Part shown: positions 39,165 to 51,557 of the stretch, one piece after another | Position numbering within the stretch: position 1 is the first letter of the stretch | Layout of the letters: each line of letters begins with the position of its first letter | DNA from: Mustelus asterias | Taxonomy: Eukaryota | NCBI RefSeq assembly: GCF_964213995.1 | Contig: NW_027592005.1 | Location: forward strand, 1 to 64,000 | Reading direction: 5' to 3' | DNA length: 64,000 nt | Program-made: the position numbers and the translations under genes | Notes under the pieces: model-generated | Seen by the model: only the letters and a program-made list of their open reading frames with translations | Databases searched by the model: none | What the model was told of the DNA's origin: nothing

Positions 39165-41755
39165 AACATGTGAATTAGGAGCAGGAGAAGGCCACTCGGC
39201 CCCTCGAGCCTGCTCCACCATTCAATAGGGTCCCGGCTGATGTGATTGTAGCTTCAACTCCACTTTCCTTCTTACCCCTCACACCCTTTCACTCTCGTCA
39301 ATCAAGAATCTATTAAATTCAGACTTCAGAATATTCAGTGAGCCAGCCTCCACCACTCTCTGTGGAAGAGAATTCCACACTGTAACAACCCTCTGAGAGA
39401 AAAGGTTTCTCCTCATCCCAGTCTTAAATGGGAGACCCCGTATTTTTAAACTGTGCCTCTAGTTCTCCTCTCTCTACAATCAACATCCACTCTGTCAAGT
39501 CCCCTCTGAATTTTATGTTTCAATCAGATCCTCTCTCATTCTTCTAAACCCCTTTAGATACAGGCCGAACATGTCCAACATTTCCTTGTATGATAACACC
39601 CTCATCCCGTGAATCAGTCAACTAAACCTTCTCTGAACTACTTCTCACACAAGTCCTCTCTTAAGTAAGGAGACCAAAACTGTACACCGTGCTCTAGATG
39701 TGGTCTCACCAATACCCTGAACAAATGCAGCAAAACATCTCTGCAATAAACAACAATTCATTTACCTTTCTAATCATTTGCTGGATCCACACACTAACTT
39801 TTCCTGATTACGGTACCAGGACACCCAGATCCCTCTGTACCTCAAAGTTCTGCAATCTCTCTCTGTTTAAATAATCAGCTGCTTTTCCATCCTTCCTGCC
39901 AAATGGACAAGTTCACATTATCCAAAAATCTTGTTCCAGTTGCCAACTTTTTGCCCACTCACTGACCCTATCTATATCGCTTTGCAGGCTTGTTATGGTC
40001 ATTCACATCTCACTTTCCTACCTACCTTTGTGTTATCAACAAATTTTGATCCTGTCATCCACATCATGAAAATAGTTTGTCAATAGTTGAGGGCCCAGCA
40101 CTGGTCCCTGTGGCACTCCACAGGCTACACTTTGCCATCCCAAAAATGACTTGTTTCTCCCTCAGCATGGTTTTGTGGCAGGTAGGTCGTGCCTTACTAA
40201 CCTTATTGAGTTTTTTGAGAAAGTGACCAAGGAGGTGGATGGGGGCAAGGCAGTGGACGTGGTATATATGGATTTTAGTAAGGCGTTTGATAAGGTTCAC
40301 CATGGTAGGCTTCTGCAGAAAATGCAGATGTATGGGATTGGGGGTGATCTAGGAAATTGGATCAGGAATTGGCTAGCGGATAGGAAACAGAGGGTGGTGG
40401 TTGATAGTAAATATTCATCATGGAGTGCGGTTACAAGTGGTGTACCTCAGGGATCTGTTTTGGGGCCACTGCTGTTTGTAATATTTATTAATGATCTGGA
40501 TGAGGGTATAGTTGGGTGGATTAGCAAATTTGCTGATGACACCAAAGTCGGTGGTGTGGTAGACAGTGAGGAAGGGTGTCGTAGTTTGCAGGAAGACTTA
40601 GACAGGTTGCAAAGTTGGGCCGAGAGGTGGCGGATGGAGTTTAATGCGGAGAAGTGTGAGGTAATTCACTTTGGTAGGAATAACAGATGTGTTGAGTATA
40701 GGGCTAACGGGAGGACTTTGAATAGTGTGGAGGAGCAGAGGGATCTAGGTGTATGTGTGCATAGATCCCTGAAAGTTGGGAATCAAGTAGATAAGGTTGT
40801 TAAGAAGGCATATGGTGTCTTGACGTTTATTGGTAGGGGGATTGAATTTAGGAGTCGTAGCGTTATGTTGCAACTGTACACAACTCTGGTGCGGCCGCAC
40901 TTGGAGTACTGTGTGCAGTTCTGGTCCCCACATTACAGGAAGGATGTGGAGGCTTTGGAGAGGGTGCAGAGGAGGTTTACCAGGATGTTGCCTGGTATGG
41001 AGGGGAGATCCTATGAGGAGAGGCTGAGGGATTTGGGATTGTTTTCACTGGAAAGGCGGCGGCTAAGAGGGGATCTTATTGAAACATATAAGATGATTAG
41101 AGGTTTAGATAGGGTGGATAGTGATAGCCTTTTTCCTCTGATGGAGAAATCCAGCACGAGGGGGCATGGCTTTAAATTGAGGGGGGGTAGTTATAGAACC
41201 GATGTCAGGGGTAGGTTCTTTACCCAGAGGGTGGTGAGGGATTGGAATGCCCTGCCAGCATCAGTAGTAAATGCGCCTAGTTTGGGGGCGTTTAAGAGAT
41301 CCGTAGATAGGTTCATGGACGAAAAGAAATTGGTTTAGGTTGGAGGGTCACAGTTTTTTTTTTTAACTGGTCGGTGCAACATCGTGGGCCGAAGGGCCTG
41401 TTCTGCGCTGTAATGTTCTATGTTCTATGTTCTATGTTCTATGTTCCTCTCTGTTTCCGATTAGCTCATCAATCCTCTATCCATGCTAATATAAAGAATC
41501 AACATGGATAAAATGCTAATATGCCTTATGCTACGAATTCTTATTAAGTGTGGTAAACATTGATGTGGCACCTTGTCAAATGCCTTCTGGAAAACTAAAT
41601 ACACCACATCCACAGGTTCCACTTTATCCACATTGCTTGTTACTTCCTCAAAGAATCCAACACATCAATTAACAGGATGTCCCTTGCACAAAACCATGTT
41701 GACTCTGCCTGATTGCACGGAGATTATCTGTGTCCCATCCCAGTCTCCTTAATAA
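39165..41755 (-). mobile_element. Old CR1 in the ZNF-I 3' region, split by a younger CR1
   Basis: CR1 tail at the 39165 end; RT-like sequence to about 40150 resumes at about 41446. Confidence 0.7.
40162..41446 (+). mobile_element. Young 5'-truncated CR1 with an uninterrupted RT C-terminal ORF
   Basis: QHGFVAGRSCLTNL...[13 protein letters not shown]...SKFADDTK...FFTQRVV open to 41338; (TTCTATG)n tail. Confidence 0.95.
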
Positions 41756-41770
41756 CAGAATGAACATGAT

Positions 41771-43155
41771 TCAGTCCTGCATGGGATTAGCAGCAACAGC
41801 AGAATCCAACCCCTGCAGTGACTTGTGAACTTGCTGGTGTCTCAGCAGATTGGCTGACCGAGCAAATCTCTTCCCACATACGGAGCAGGTGAACGATCTC
41901 TCTCCCGTGTGAACCTGCTGGTGTCTCAGCAGGTGGGATGACTGAGTGAACCTTTTCCCACACATGGAGCAGGTGAATGATCTCTCCCCAGTGTGAATTT
42001 GCTGGTGTCTCAGCAGGTCCTTCGTGCTTTTAAAGCTCTTCTCACAGTCAGAACATTTAAAAGGTCTCTGATCAGTGTGGACCAGTTGATGTGCAATGAG
42101 CTGGGGTGGCTGAGTGAATCGTTTCCCACATGTGGAGCAAGTGAAGGGTTTCTCCCCAGTGTGAATTCGCTCGTGTATCAGAAGCTGGGCTGAATCAGTG
42201 AATCCCTTCCCACACACACAGTGCAAATGAATGGCTTCTCCCCGGTGTGAGCTCGCTGGTGTCTCAGACAGTGGGATGAATGGGTGAATCCCATCCCACA
42301 CACCGAGCAGGTGAACGGTTTCTCCCCGGTGTGAACTCGCTGGTGTCTCAGACGGTGGGATGAATGGGTGAATCCCATCCCACACACCGAGCAGGTGAAC
42401 GGTTTCTCCCCAGTGTGAACTCGCTGGTGTCTCAGACAGTGGGATGAATGGGTGAATCCCATCCCACACACCGAGCAGGTGAACGGTTTCTCCCCAGTGT
42501 GAACTCGCTGGTGTGTCACCAAATCCTGTTTACTTTTAAAGCTCTTCTCACAGTCAGAACACTGAAATGGTCTCTTATCAGAGTGAACTCGCTGGTGTGT
42601 TTGCAGCTGGGATAAACGTCCGAATCTCCTCTCACATACGGAGCAGGTGAATGGCTTCTCCCCAGTGTGAGTGCGCTGATGGACTTGTAAATCATTTTTA
42701 CTTTTAAATCTCTTCTCACAGTCAGAACACTGAAATGGTCTCCGATCAGTGTGAACAAGTTGGTGTGTCAGAAGGTGGGATGACTGAGTGAATCCCTTCC
42801 CACACACTGAGCAGGTGAACGGTCTCACCGCCATGTGAGTGCGCTGGTGTCTCAGGAGGTCCTTTGTGCTTTTAAAGCTTTTCTCACAATCAGAACACTG
42901 AAACAGTCTCTGATCGGAGTGAACCTCCCGGTGAATCAGGAGGCTTGATAAAGCATGACATCCCCTCCCACATTCGAGGCAGGTGAACGGCCTCTCACCA
43001 GTGTGAACACGCCGGTGTGTATAGAGGCTGGATGAGTAAGCAAATCCTTTCCCACACTCAGAGCAGGTGAACGGCCTCTCTCCAGTGTGAATGCGACGAT
43101 GAATATCCAATTCGGACGGGTAATTGAATCCCCTCCCACAGTCCACACATTTCAA
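41771..43155 (-). pseudogene. ZNF-I, 16-finger locus with lost start codon and a 2-bp frameshift (paralogue of ZNF-A)
   Basis: The usual ATG is ACA here; an extra TG in the (TG)5 run at 42211-42220 shifts the frame in finger 12; fingers 12-16 and the tail lie in ORF 41771..42469. Confidence 0.7.
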
Positions 43156-43754
43156 TGGTTTCTCTGTGCTGCGGGTGTCCTCATGTGACTCCAGGTTGGA
43201 TGATGAGTTGAAGCCTCGTTTACACAGAATATGTGTCGGGTCACTACTCAGTTAGAATGATGTGATTATTTTTCAGACTTGTTAAACCACTTTCCACATT
43301 CAGCACATTGGAAACTCTCAGGTGTGTTTGTGTGTCTAGGTGCTTTTTCAGTCACACTGATGTTTGAAATCTTTGCCCGCAGACAGAATGAACATTTCTC
43401 CTTCTGTAGACAAAGGCTGATGATATTCAGTTTCTGATGAATCAAATCACTGAAACAGATCTTGATGTGAAGTTTGGTTTGAGTTTCACATCTGTAAATC
43501 CTGCTTCATAATACCCTGCAAAAACAGTTTACAAATACCATCACTGTCAGTGCAGGATAGAAATTCTGAACAGACAATTCATAGTTTCTCTGGAACATAT
43601 TTTCCTCTCTTGTTCCCCCAAATCTATAAATCCCCGTCCCACACACTCTACCTCCTCCCCTGGACTGAAATCCAAACCCATCTCAACATCTCCACCATTT
43701 CTTCCCTCCACTCCCAGTTTTCTCCCTCCCTCTCCTCTGTCTGGGTTCAGTTCT

Positions 43755-44039
43755 TGATGTGGAAATCTCACTAACTGTCCTGGCTGGAGACAGTACACAT
43801 CTCTTTAACCAGTGCTTAACCCTCTCTCCACTCACATTGTCTGTACCTTTAAGACTTGATTGCCTGTAAAGACTCACATTCCAACCATTATCTTGTAAAT
43901 TGAGTTTGTGTCAATATATATGCCCCGTTTATGAACACAAGTCCGACTCACCTGATGAAGGAGCAGTGATCCGAAAGCGAGTGGCTTTTGCTACCAAATA
44001 AACCTGTTGGTCTTTAACCTGGCGTTGTGAGACTTCTTA
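43755..44039 (+). mobile_element. Penelope-like terminal repeat insertion with hammerhead motif
   Basis: 14-bp TSD CTGGGTTCAGTTCT (43741-43754, 44040-44053); empty site near 3158 in the paralogue; CAC-CTGATGA-A-GGAGC-AGT-GATCC-GAAA at 43949-43976; AATAAA downstream. Confidence 0.8.
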
Positions 44040-44399
44040 CTGGGTTCAGTTCTCCAGCTGCTGTCTGCAGACTGACAATAAAACCAATGGGTCTTATTGG
44101 GGGTGTTGGGGCCTCCAGCGGGTGTTTGTGAATCCTCCCCGCCCACCTCCCAGGGTTTCCTTCCTTCCCAGAGATCAGAGTCCTCATTGATTTGAGGCCA
44201 AAGTGTAACCTCTTATTTATTGTCCCCCTCCCCCATCCTCTGATGTGAACCATCCTCCAGTGGCTGAGCCAGGATGGGGCCGTTAACCTGGGCCTGTTCC
44301 CGGGAGGGAGGGAGGGAGAAGCCCCGCAGCTGCAAACCAGGGAGCTGACAATGATTCTGAAGGGTTTGCGGATCCACAAAGTGTTTCCAAATCCTCCCA

Positions 44400-45380
44400 G
44401 CCACCGCCTAACGCTGACTCCGCTTCTCCGGGACAAACAAGCGCCAAGGACAGCAATGACACTGCGCATGCTCCACATCACAATGCCCGGGGACTGATTG
44501 ACGGCAGCTCCGGACCAATAGGAAGAGGGGGCGGGACTGGCCGACCGAGCCGGAGCGGCTGGTCCTCCAACCAATCGGAGTGAACGAGGGGCGGGACTGG
44601 AGGACCGAGCGGGAGCGGCTGATCCTCCAACCAATCGGAGTGAATGAGAGGCGGGACCTGAAGCATGCGCAGTGCGGGTAATGGCGACGGGTAGACGGGC
44701 GGTTTTAATTTGGAGGCGAGATCAATACTAGGTAGGGGGCGGCGCGCGGGGAATGATAAATGTGGCGAGTGGGTGGAGAGACTTTGTAAACATGTTGTTC
44801 AAACCCAGACCCCGGAAATGAACTTCCCGGTCCCCCCTTTGTACCAAATGGAGCGGCAGCTTGTAGTGTTAGACCCGGGCTGACTGCCGCCATTGAGGCT
44901 GCATGTGGGAGGCCGGCAGGGATTGTGATCGGAGAGGGAAGCCCTGACGTCACAATGGAATGGGTGAGAGTGTGAGGTCACAATGGAATGGGTGAGGGTG
45001 TGACATCACAATGGAATGGGTGAGTGTGTGACGTCACAATGGAATGTGATCGGAGAGCGAAATTTCACTCTGAAGCTCATTGGACAACTTCCGCATTGTG
45101 ACGCTACGATAGAACCCTGCCTGAATCAGCCAATAGGAATCACTGCGCTCCGCGGTGATGTCTCCGGGTTCCATGGTGCAGGCCCGGGCGTGCGGACCCG
45201 GGAGCCCTGCCCCCACCCATTGTTCCCCTCCCCCTACACCACATCGAGCCAAGGTTTCCAGGCAACCGGCTGACGGCTCTGGCCAGAGCGAGAAGCCGCT
45301 CGGTGATCTCCCCCTCCCCCCGCCCGGGACTGCAAAATGTGCGAGGGAGAGGGGAAGCTGTGCATATGCGGGGGAGAACC
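44400..45380. promoter_or_regulatory. Composite divergent CpG-island promoter between ZNF-I (-) and ZNF-J (+)
   Basis: NRF1-like sites near 44463 and 44663, three CCAAT + GC-box modules, CRE repeats, ETS-like CCGGAA sites. Confidence 0.75.
44945..45047. repeat. 28-bp tandem repeat x ~3.7 starting with a CRE
   Basis: tgacgtcacaatggaatgggtgagagtg units at 44945, 44973, 45001 and 45029. Confidence 0.92.
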
Positions 45381-45832
45381 CACCCTCTGAATGAGAGAGG
45401 AAAGAATGTTCCATAGAAATTGTCTGTTCTGAATTTCTATCCTGTACTGACACTGATGACTTTTGGAAACTCATTTTCCAGGATATTGAAAGAGGAATCA
45501 CAGGCTGAAATCTCAAACGTCACGTCTAGATCTGACAGAGTCATATTCCTTGGGACCTCAATATCATCGGACTTTGAATCCAGAAGGAGAAATGATTGTC
45601 CAGTCTGTCGATTTGAAAAGATTTGAAATGTCAGTGTGAGTGAAAAAGCGTCAACACACTGCCACACTCGAGTGAGAGTGTTCCGATGCACTGACTAAAG
45701 AGCTTTAACCAGTTACACAGTCTGAATAAATATCACACCATTCACAGCAGGTGGAGACTGTAATCTTGTTCTGTGTGTGGACGAAGTTTCAACTAATTGT
45801 CCACTCAAGAGTGAGGTAAGGACACCTGCACC

Positions 45833-47938
45833 ATGGCGAAACCATGGAAATGTGCGGACTGTGGGAAGGGATACGGAACCCCATCAGAGCTGGAAGCTCA
45901 TCGGCGCAGCCACACTGGGGAGAGGCCGTTCATCTGCTCTCAATGTGGGAAGGGATTCAGTCAGTTATCCAACCTGCAGAGACACCAGCGAGTTCACACT
46001 GGGGAGAGGCCGTTCACCTGCTCTCAATGTGGGGAGGGATTCACTCAGTCATCCCACCTGCAGAGACACCAGCGAGTTCACACTGGGGAGAGGCCCTTCA
46101 CCTGCTCTCAGTGTGGGAAGGGATTCACTCGGATATCCAGCCTGCAGAGACACCAGCGAGTTCACACTGGAGAGAGGCCGTTCACTTGCTCTCAGTGTGA
46201 GAAGGAATTCACTTATTTATCCAGCCTGCAGACACACCAGCGAGTTCACACTGGGGAGAGGCCATTCACCTGCTCTCAGTGTGGGGAGGGATTCACTCGG
46301 TCATCCCGCCTGCAGTCACACCAGCGAGTTCACACTGGAGAGAGGCCGTTCACCTGTTCTCAATGTGGGGAGGGATTCACTCAGTCATCCCACCTGCAGA
46401 GACACCAGCGAGTTCACACTGGAGAGAGGCCGTTCACTTGCTCTCAGTGTGAGAAGGAATTCACTCATTTATCCAGCCTGCAGATACACCAGCGAGTTCA
46501 CACTGGGGAGAGGCCGTTCACCTGCTCTCAGTGTGGGGATGGATTCACTCAGTCATCCCGCCTGCAGAGACACCAGCGAGTTCACACTGGAGAGAGGCCA
46601 TTTACCTGCTCTCAGTGTGGTAAGAGGTTCACTCAGTTATCCAGCCTGCAGAGACACCAGCGAGTTCACACTGGGGAGAGGCCATTCACCTGCTCTCAGT
46701 GTGGGAAGGGATTCATTCAGTTATCCGAGCTGCGGACACACCAGCGAGTTCATACAGGGGAGAGGCCATTCACTTGCTCTCAGTGTGGGGAGGGATTCAC
46801 TCGGTCATCCAGCCTGCTGACACACCAGCGAATTCACACTGGGGAGAGGCCGTTCACCTGCTCTCAGTGTGGGAAGGGATTCAATCAGTTATCCAACCTG
46901 CAGGCACACCAGCGAGTTCACACTGGGGAGAGGCCGTTCACCTGCTCTCAGTGTGGGAAGGGATTCACTCGGTCATCCGACCTGCGGGCACACCAGCGAG
47001 TTCACACTGGGGAGAAGCCCCCATTCACCTGCTCTCAGTGTGGGAAGGGATTCACTCGGTCATCCCACCTGCAGAGACATCAGCGAGTTCACACTGGGGA
47101 GAGACCGTTCACCTGCTCTCAATGTGAGAAGGGATTCACTCTGTCATCCCACTTGCAGACACATCAGCGAGTTCACACCGGAGAGAGACCATTCACCTGC
47201 TCTCAGTGTGCGAAGGGATTCATTCAGTTATCCAGCCTGCAGAGACACCAGCGAGTTCACACTGGAGAGAGGCCGTTCACCTGCTCTCAGTGTGGGAAGG
47301 GATTCACTCAGTTATCCAGCCTGCAGACACACCAGCGAGTTCACACTGGGGAAAGGCCGTTCACCTGCTCTCAGTGTGGGAAGGGATTCACTCGGTCAAC
47401 CCATCTGCGGACACACCAGCGGGTTCACACTGGAGAGAGACCGTTCACCTGCCCTCAGTGTGGGAAGGGATTCACTCGGTTATCCAGCCTGCAGACACAC
47501 CAGCGAGTTCACACTGGGGAGAGACCATTCACCTGCTCTCAGTGTGGGAAGGGATTCACTCGGTCATCCGACCTGCGGACACACCAGCGGGTTCACACAG
47601 GGGAGAAACCATTCACCTGCTCTCAGTGTGGGCAGGGATTCACTCAGTCATCCAGCCTGCGGGCACACCAGCGAGTTCACACAGGGGAGAGGCCGTTCAC
47701 CTGCTCTCAGTGTGGGAAGGGATTCACTCAGCTTTCCAACCTGCAAACACACCAGCGAGTTCACACTGGGGAGAGGCCGTTCACCTGCTCTCAGTGCGGG
47801 CAAGAATTCACTCAGTTATCCAACCTGCAGACGCACGAGCGAGTTCACACTGGGGAGAGGCCGTTCACCTGCTCTGTGTGTGGGAAGGGTTTCAGCGTTT
47901 CATCCCGGCTGCTGAGGCACCAGCAAGTTCACGAGTGA
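45833..47938 (+). CDS. C2H2 zinc-finger protein ZNF-J (about 25 fingers, intact)
   Basis: 701-aa ORF with Kozak-like ACCATGG, built almost entirely of 84-bp [20 protein letters not shown] repeats. Confidence 0.92.
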   Translation: MAKPWKCADCGKGYGTPSELEAHRRSHTGERPFICSQCGKGFSQLSNLQRHQRVHTGERPFTCSQCGEGFTQSSHLQRHQRVHTGERPFTCSQCGKGFTRISSLQRHQRVHTGERPFTCSQCEKEFTYLSSLQTHQRVHTGERPFTCSQCGEGFTRSSRLQSHQRVHTGERPFTCSQCGEGFTQSSHLQRHQRVHTGERPFTCSQCEKEFTHLSSLQIHQRVHTGERPFTCSQCGDGFTQSSRLQRHQRVHTGERPFTCSQCGKRFTQLSSLQRHQRVHTGERPFTCSQCGKGFIQLSELRTHQRVHTGERPFTCSQCGEGFTRSSSLLTHQRIHTGERPFTCSQCGKGFNQLSNLQAHQRVHTGERPFTCSQCGKGFTRSSDLRAHQRVHTGEKPPFTCSQCGKGFTRSSHLQRHQRVHTGERPFTCSQCEKGFTLSSHLQTHQRVHTGERPFTCSQCAKGFIQLSSLQRHQRVHTGERPFTCSQCGKGFTQLSSLQTHQRVHTGERPFTCSQCGKGFTRSTHLRTHQRVHTGERPFTCPQCGKGFTRLSSLQTHQRVHTGERPFTCSQCGKGFTRSSDLRTHQRVHTGEKPFTCSQCGQGFTQSSSLRAHQRVHTGERPFTCSQCGKGFTQLSNLQTHQRVHTGERPFTCSQCGQEFTQLSNLQTHERVHTGERPFTCSVCGKGFSVSSRLLRHQQVHE

Positions 47939-48174
47939 TTCCAGAGGTTGGATTCTGCTGTTATTGTTCCTGCTCTCAATTACATCCAGGATTGCATTTT
48001 GTTCATTCTCACAGTTGGTCAATGGGAAGGGTCAGAGGGTTTCTTTGTGCTGGACTGGCTGGTCTCAGCCTCCAGTGGGTTGATGCTCTTTGAGTCTTTT
48101 TGCAAATACCTGGTTTCAAATGTCACAAGGATCACAGAGTGACAGGGTGTTAGGAAGTTTAGAGATATTTAGTC

Positions 48175-49250
48175 AGAAGAAAACAGAGGTTGGCAGTGCA
48201 AAGGTACCTTTCTGAATGGAGGGCTGTGACAAGTGACATTCCGCAGGGATCAGTGCTGGGACTTTTGCTGTTTGTAATATATATAAATGATTTGGAGGAA
48301 AATGTAACTGGTTTGATTGGTAAGTTTGTGGACGACACAAACGTTGGTGGAATTGCGGATAGCGATGGGGAACGGCAAAGGATACAGCAGGATATAGAGC
48401 AGTTGGAGAATTGGGCGGAGAGATGGCAGATGAAGTTTAATCCGGACAAATGTGAGGTAATGCATTTTGGAAGGTCTAATACAGAATGGAAATATACAGT
48501 AAATGGCAGAACCCTTAAGAGCATTCATAGGCAGAGGGATCTCGGTGTACAGGTACACAGGTCATTGAAAGTGGTAATGCAGGTGGAGAAGGTAGTCAAG
48601 AAAGCATATGGCATGCTTGCCTTCATCGGCCGGGGCATTGAGTTTAAAAATTGGCAAGTCATGTTGCAGCTTTATAGAACCTTAGTTTGACCGCACTTGG
48701 AATCTAGTGTTCAATTCTGGTCACCACACTACCCGAAGAATGTGGAGGCTTTGGAGAGGGTACGGAAAATATTTATCAGGATGCTGCCTGGTGTGGAGGG
48801 CATTAGCTATGAGGAGAGTTTGGAGAAACCTGGTCTGTTCTCACTGGAACGACGGAGGTTGAGGGGAGACCTGATAGAAGTCTCCAAGATTATGAGGGGC
48901 ATGGACAGAGTGGATAGTCAGAAGCTTTTTCCCAGAGTGGAAGAGTCAGTTACTGGGGGGCATAGGTTTAAGGTGCGAGGGGCAAGGTTTAAAGGAGATG
49001 TACAAGGCAGGTTTTTTACACAGAGGGTGGTGGGTGCCTGGAACTCGTTGCCGGGGAAGGTAGTGGAAGCAGATACGATAGTGACTTTTAAGATGTGTCT
49101 TGACAAATATATGAATAGCATAGGAATAGAGGGATATGGTCCCGGAAAGGTAGGGGGTTTTAGTTCAGACAGGCAGCATGGTTGCTGCAGGCTTGGAGGG
49201 CCAAAGGGCTTGTTTCTGTGCTGTAATTTTCTTTGTTCTTCGTTCTGTTT
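48175..49250 (+). mobile_element. CR1 3' portion
   Basis: PQGSVLGLLLFVIYINDL...KFVDDT...FFTQRVVGAWNSLP; absent from the paralogous site near 56378. Confidence 0.92.
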
Positions 49251-50043
49251 GGAACATCCCAAATGCCCATCCAATTTCCTTTTTAATTGTTTATTGTCTC
49301 CACTTCCTCCACCCTCATAGACAGCGAGTTTCAGGTCATTACCATTCACTGCATCAGAATATTCTTCCTCACATCTCCCCCCTCAATTCCCCCCCCACCC
49401 CACTGCCCCCCCCCCCCCCCCAGCCCCCCACTCCCCCCTCCCTTGCATCTCTAACCCAAAACAAGAAATCTGTGTCCCCCCTCGTCCTTGTTCCATCAGC
49501 TAATGGGAACAGCTTTTCTTTGTCCACCTTATCTAAACCTGTCAGAATCTTGTCCCCCATCTATCAAATCTCCCCTCAACCTCCTTTGCTCCAAGGAAAA
49601 CAACCCCAGCCTGACATTGACAATAAAGAACAAACTAACAGAATATGTTACTGTCTGAAATCAAATGGGAATGTTTAATTTCTGTTTGAAAGATATTGTG
49701 AATGTATTGTCCTGGACAATAAAGGAATTGGAATAACACACCTTGGGTGTGGTTGAATGGAATATATCAATCTGATATTCACCTACAGTCCAGTGAAAGT
49801 CTGGAATATGTAGCTGGAAGTCCCTTCCTAACAGCAATGTGGGTGTACGTACACCTCAGGCATTGCAGCAGTTCAGGAAGGCACCCTTGGGGTTGGGGTT
49901 GACCACGGCCAAGGCAGCTCCATACAGCCACATATTCTGTTATAATTGAAGGACTGCAGATTGAATGTGAGGCATTGTGGGACTGGACTATCTTGACCAC
50001 ATTCCTGTGACTGCCCGGAAACTCATGTGTCTATTTTAAAGCA

Positions 50044-51556
50044 CAAAGAACAGTACAGCACAGGAACAGGCCCTTCGGCCCTCCAAGCCTGCGCTGATCA
50101 TGTGTTCCTAACTAGACCATCCGTTTGTATCCCTCTATTCCCAGTCTGTTCATGTGGTTATCAAGATGAGTCTTAAATGTTTCTCGCGTGTCTGCCTCAA
50201 TCACCTTGCTTGGCAGTGCATTCCAGGCCCCCACCACCCTCTGTGTAAAATACGTCCCCCGCATATCTGTATTGAACCTTGCCCCCCTTACCTTGAACTT
50301 GTGACCCCTTGTGTTTGTCATTGCTGACCTGGAAAAAAGCTTCCAACTGTTCACCCTATCTATGCCCTTCATAATTTTGTAAACTTCTATTAGGTCGCCC
50401 CTCAACCTCCGTCTTTCCAGGGAGAACAACCCAAGTTTACTCAATCTCTCCTCATAGCTAATACCCTCCATACCAGGCAACATTCTGGTAAACCTTTTCT
50501 GTACTCTCTCCAAAGTCTCCGCGTCCTTCTGGTAGTGTGGTGACCAGAACTGGACACAGTATTCCAAATGCGGCCGAACCAACGTTCCATATAACTGCAA
50601 CACCATGTGCCAACATTTATACTCTATGCCCCAATAAAGGCAAGCATGCCATATGCCTTCTTCACCACCTTTTCCACCTGTGCTGCCACCTTTAAGGATC
50701 GTGGACTTGCACACCCAGATCCCTCTGTGTGTCTATACTCCTGATGGTTCTGCCATTTATTGTATAGCTCCCCCCTGCATTAGATCTACCAAAATGCATC
50801 ACTTCACATTTATTTGGATTAAATTCCATCTGCCATTTCTCCACCCAATTTTCCAGCCTATCTATATCCTGCTGTATTCTCTGACAATGTTCATCACAAT
50901 CCACAACTCCAGCAATCTTTGTGTCGTCCGCAAACTTACTGATCACACCAGCTACATCTTCCTCCAAATCATTTATATATATCACAAACAGCAGAGGTCC
51001 CAGTACAGAGCCCTGTAGAACATCGCTAGTCACAGACCTCCAATCAGAAAAAGACCCCTCCACTGCTACCCTCTGTCTTCTATGGCTAAGCCAGTTCTGT
51101 ACCCATCTAGCTGGTTCACCTTTGATCCCATGAGATTTAACCTTTTGCACCAGCCTTCCATGAGGGACGTTGTCAAACGCTTTACTAAAATCCATGTCGA
51201 CGACATCCACGGCCCTTCCCTCGTCAGTCATTTTTGTCACCTCCTCAAAAAACTCAACCAAATTTATGAGGCATGACCTCCCTTGTACAAAACCATGTTG
51301 TCTATCGCTAATGAGATTATTCAGTTCTAAATGTGTATAGATCCTATCTCTAAGAATCTTCTCCAACAATTTCCCTACCACGGACATCAAGTTCACTGGC
51401 CTATAATTACCCGGGTTATCCTTGCTACCCTTCTTAAATAACGGGACCACATTTGCTATCCTCCAATCCTCTGGGACCTCACCTGTGTCCAATGAAGAAA
51501 CAAAGATTTTTGTGAGAGGCCCAGCAATTTCATCTCTTGTCTCTCTCAGTAACTGG
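50044..51556 (-). mobile_element. CR1 RT/3' portion
   Basis: ORFs 50692..51822 and 50112..50714: [15 protein letters not shown]...SKFADDTK...HLEYCVQFWSP. Confidence 0.93.
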
Positions 51557-51557
51557 A

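Noticed and set aside
45917-47930. Regular repeats with variable inserts that superficially resemble a CRISPR array
   Set aside because: They are in-frame zinc-finger codons in vertebrate DNA, and no cas genes are present.
45777-48093. Long alternative-frame ORFs over ZNF-J (347, 348 and 295 aa) and similar shadows over other ZNF genes
   Set aside because: They are the expected by-product of a homogenised 84-bp repeat with few off-frame stops, and they begin at GTG rather than ATG in the cases checked. There is no independent coding evidence.
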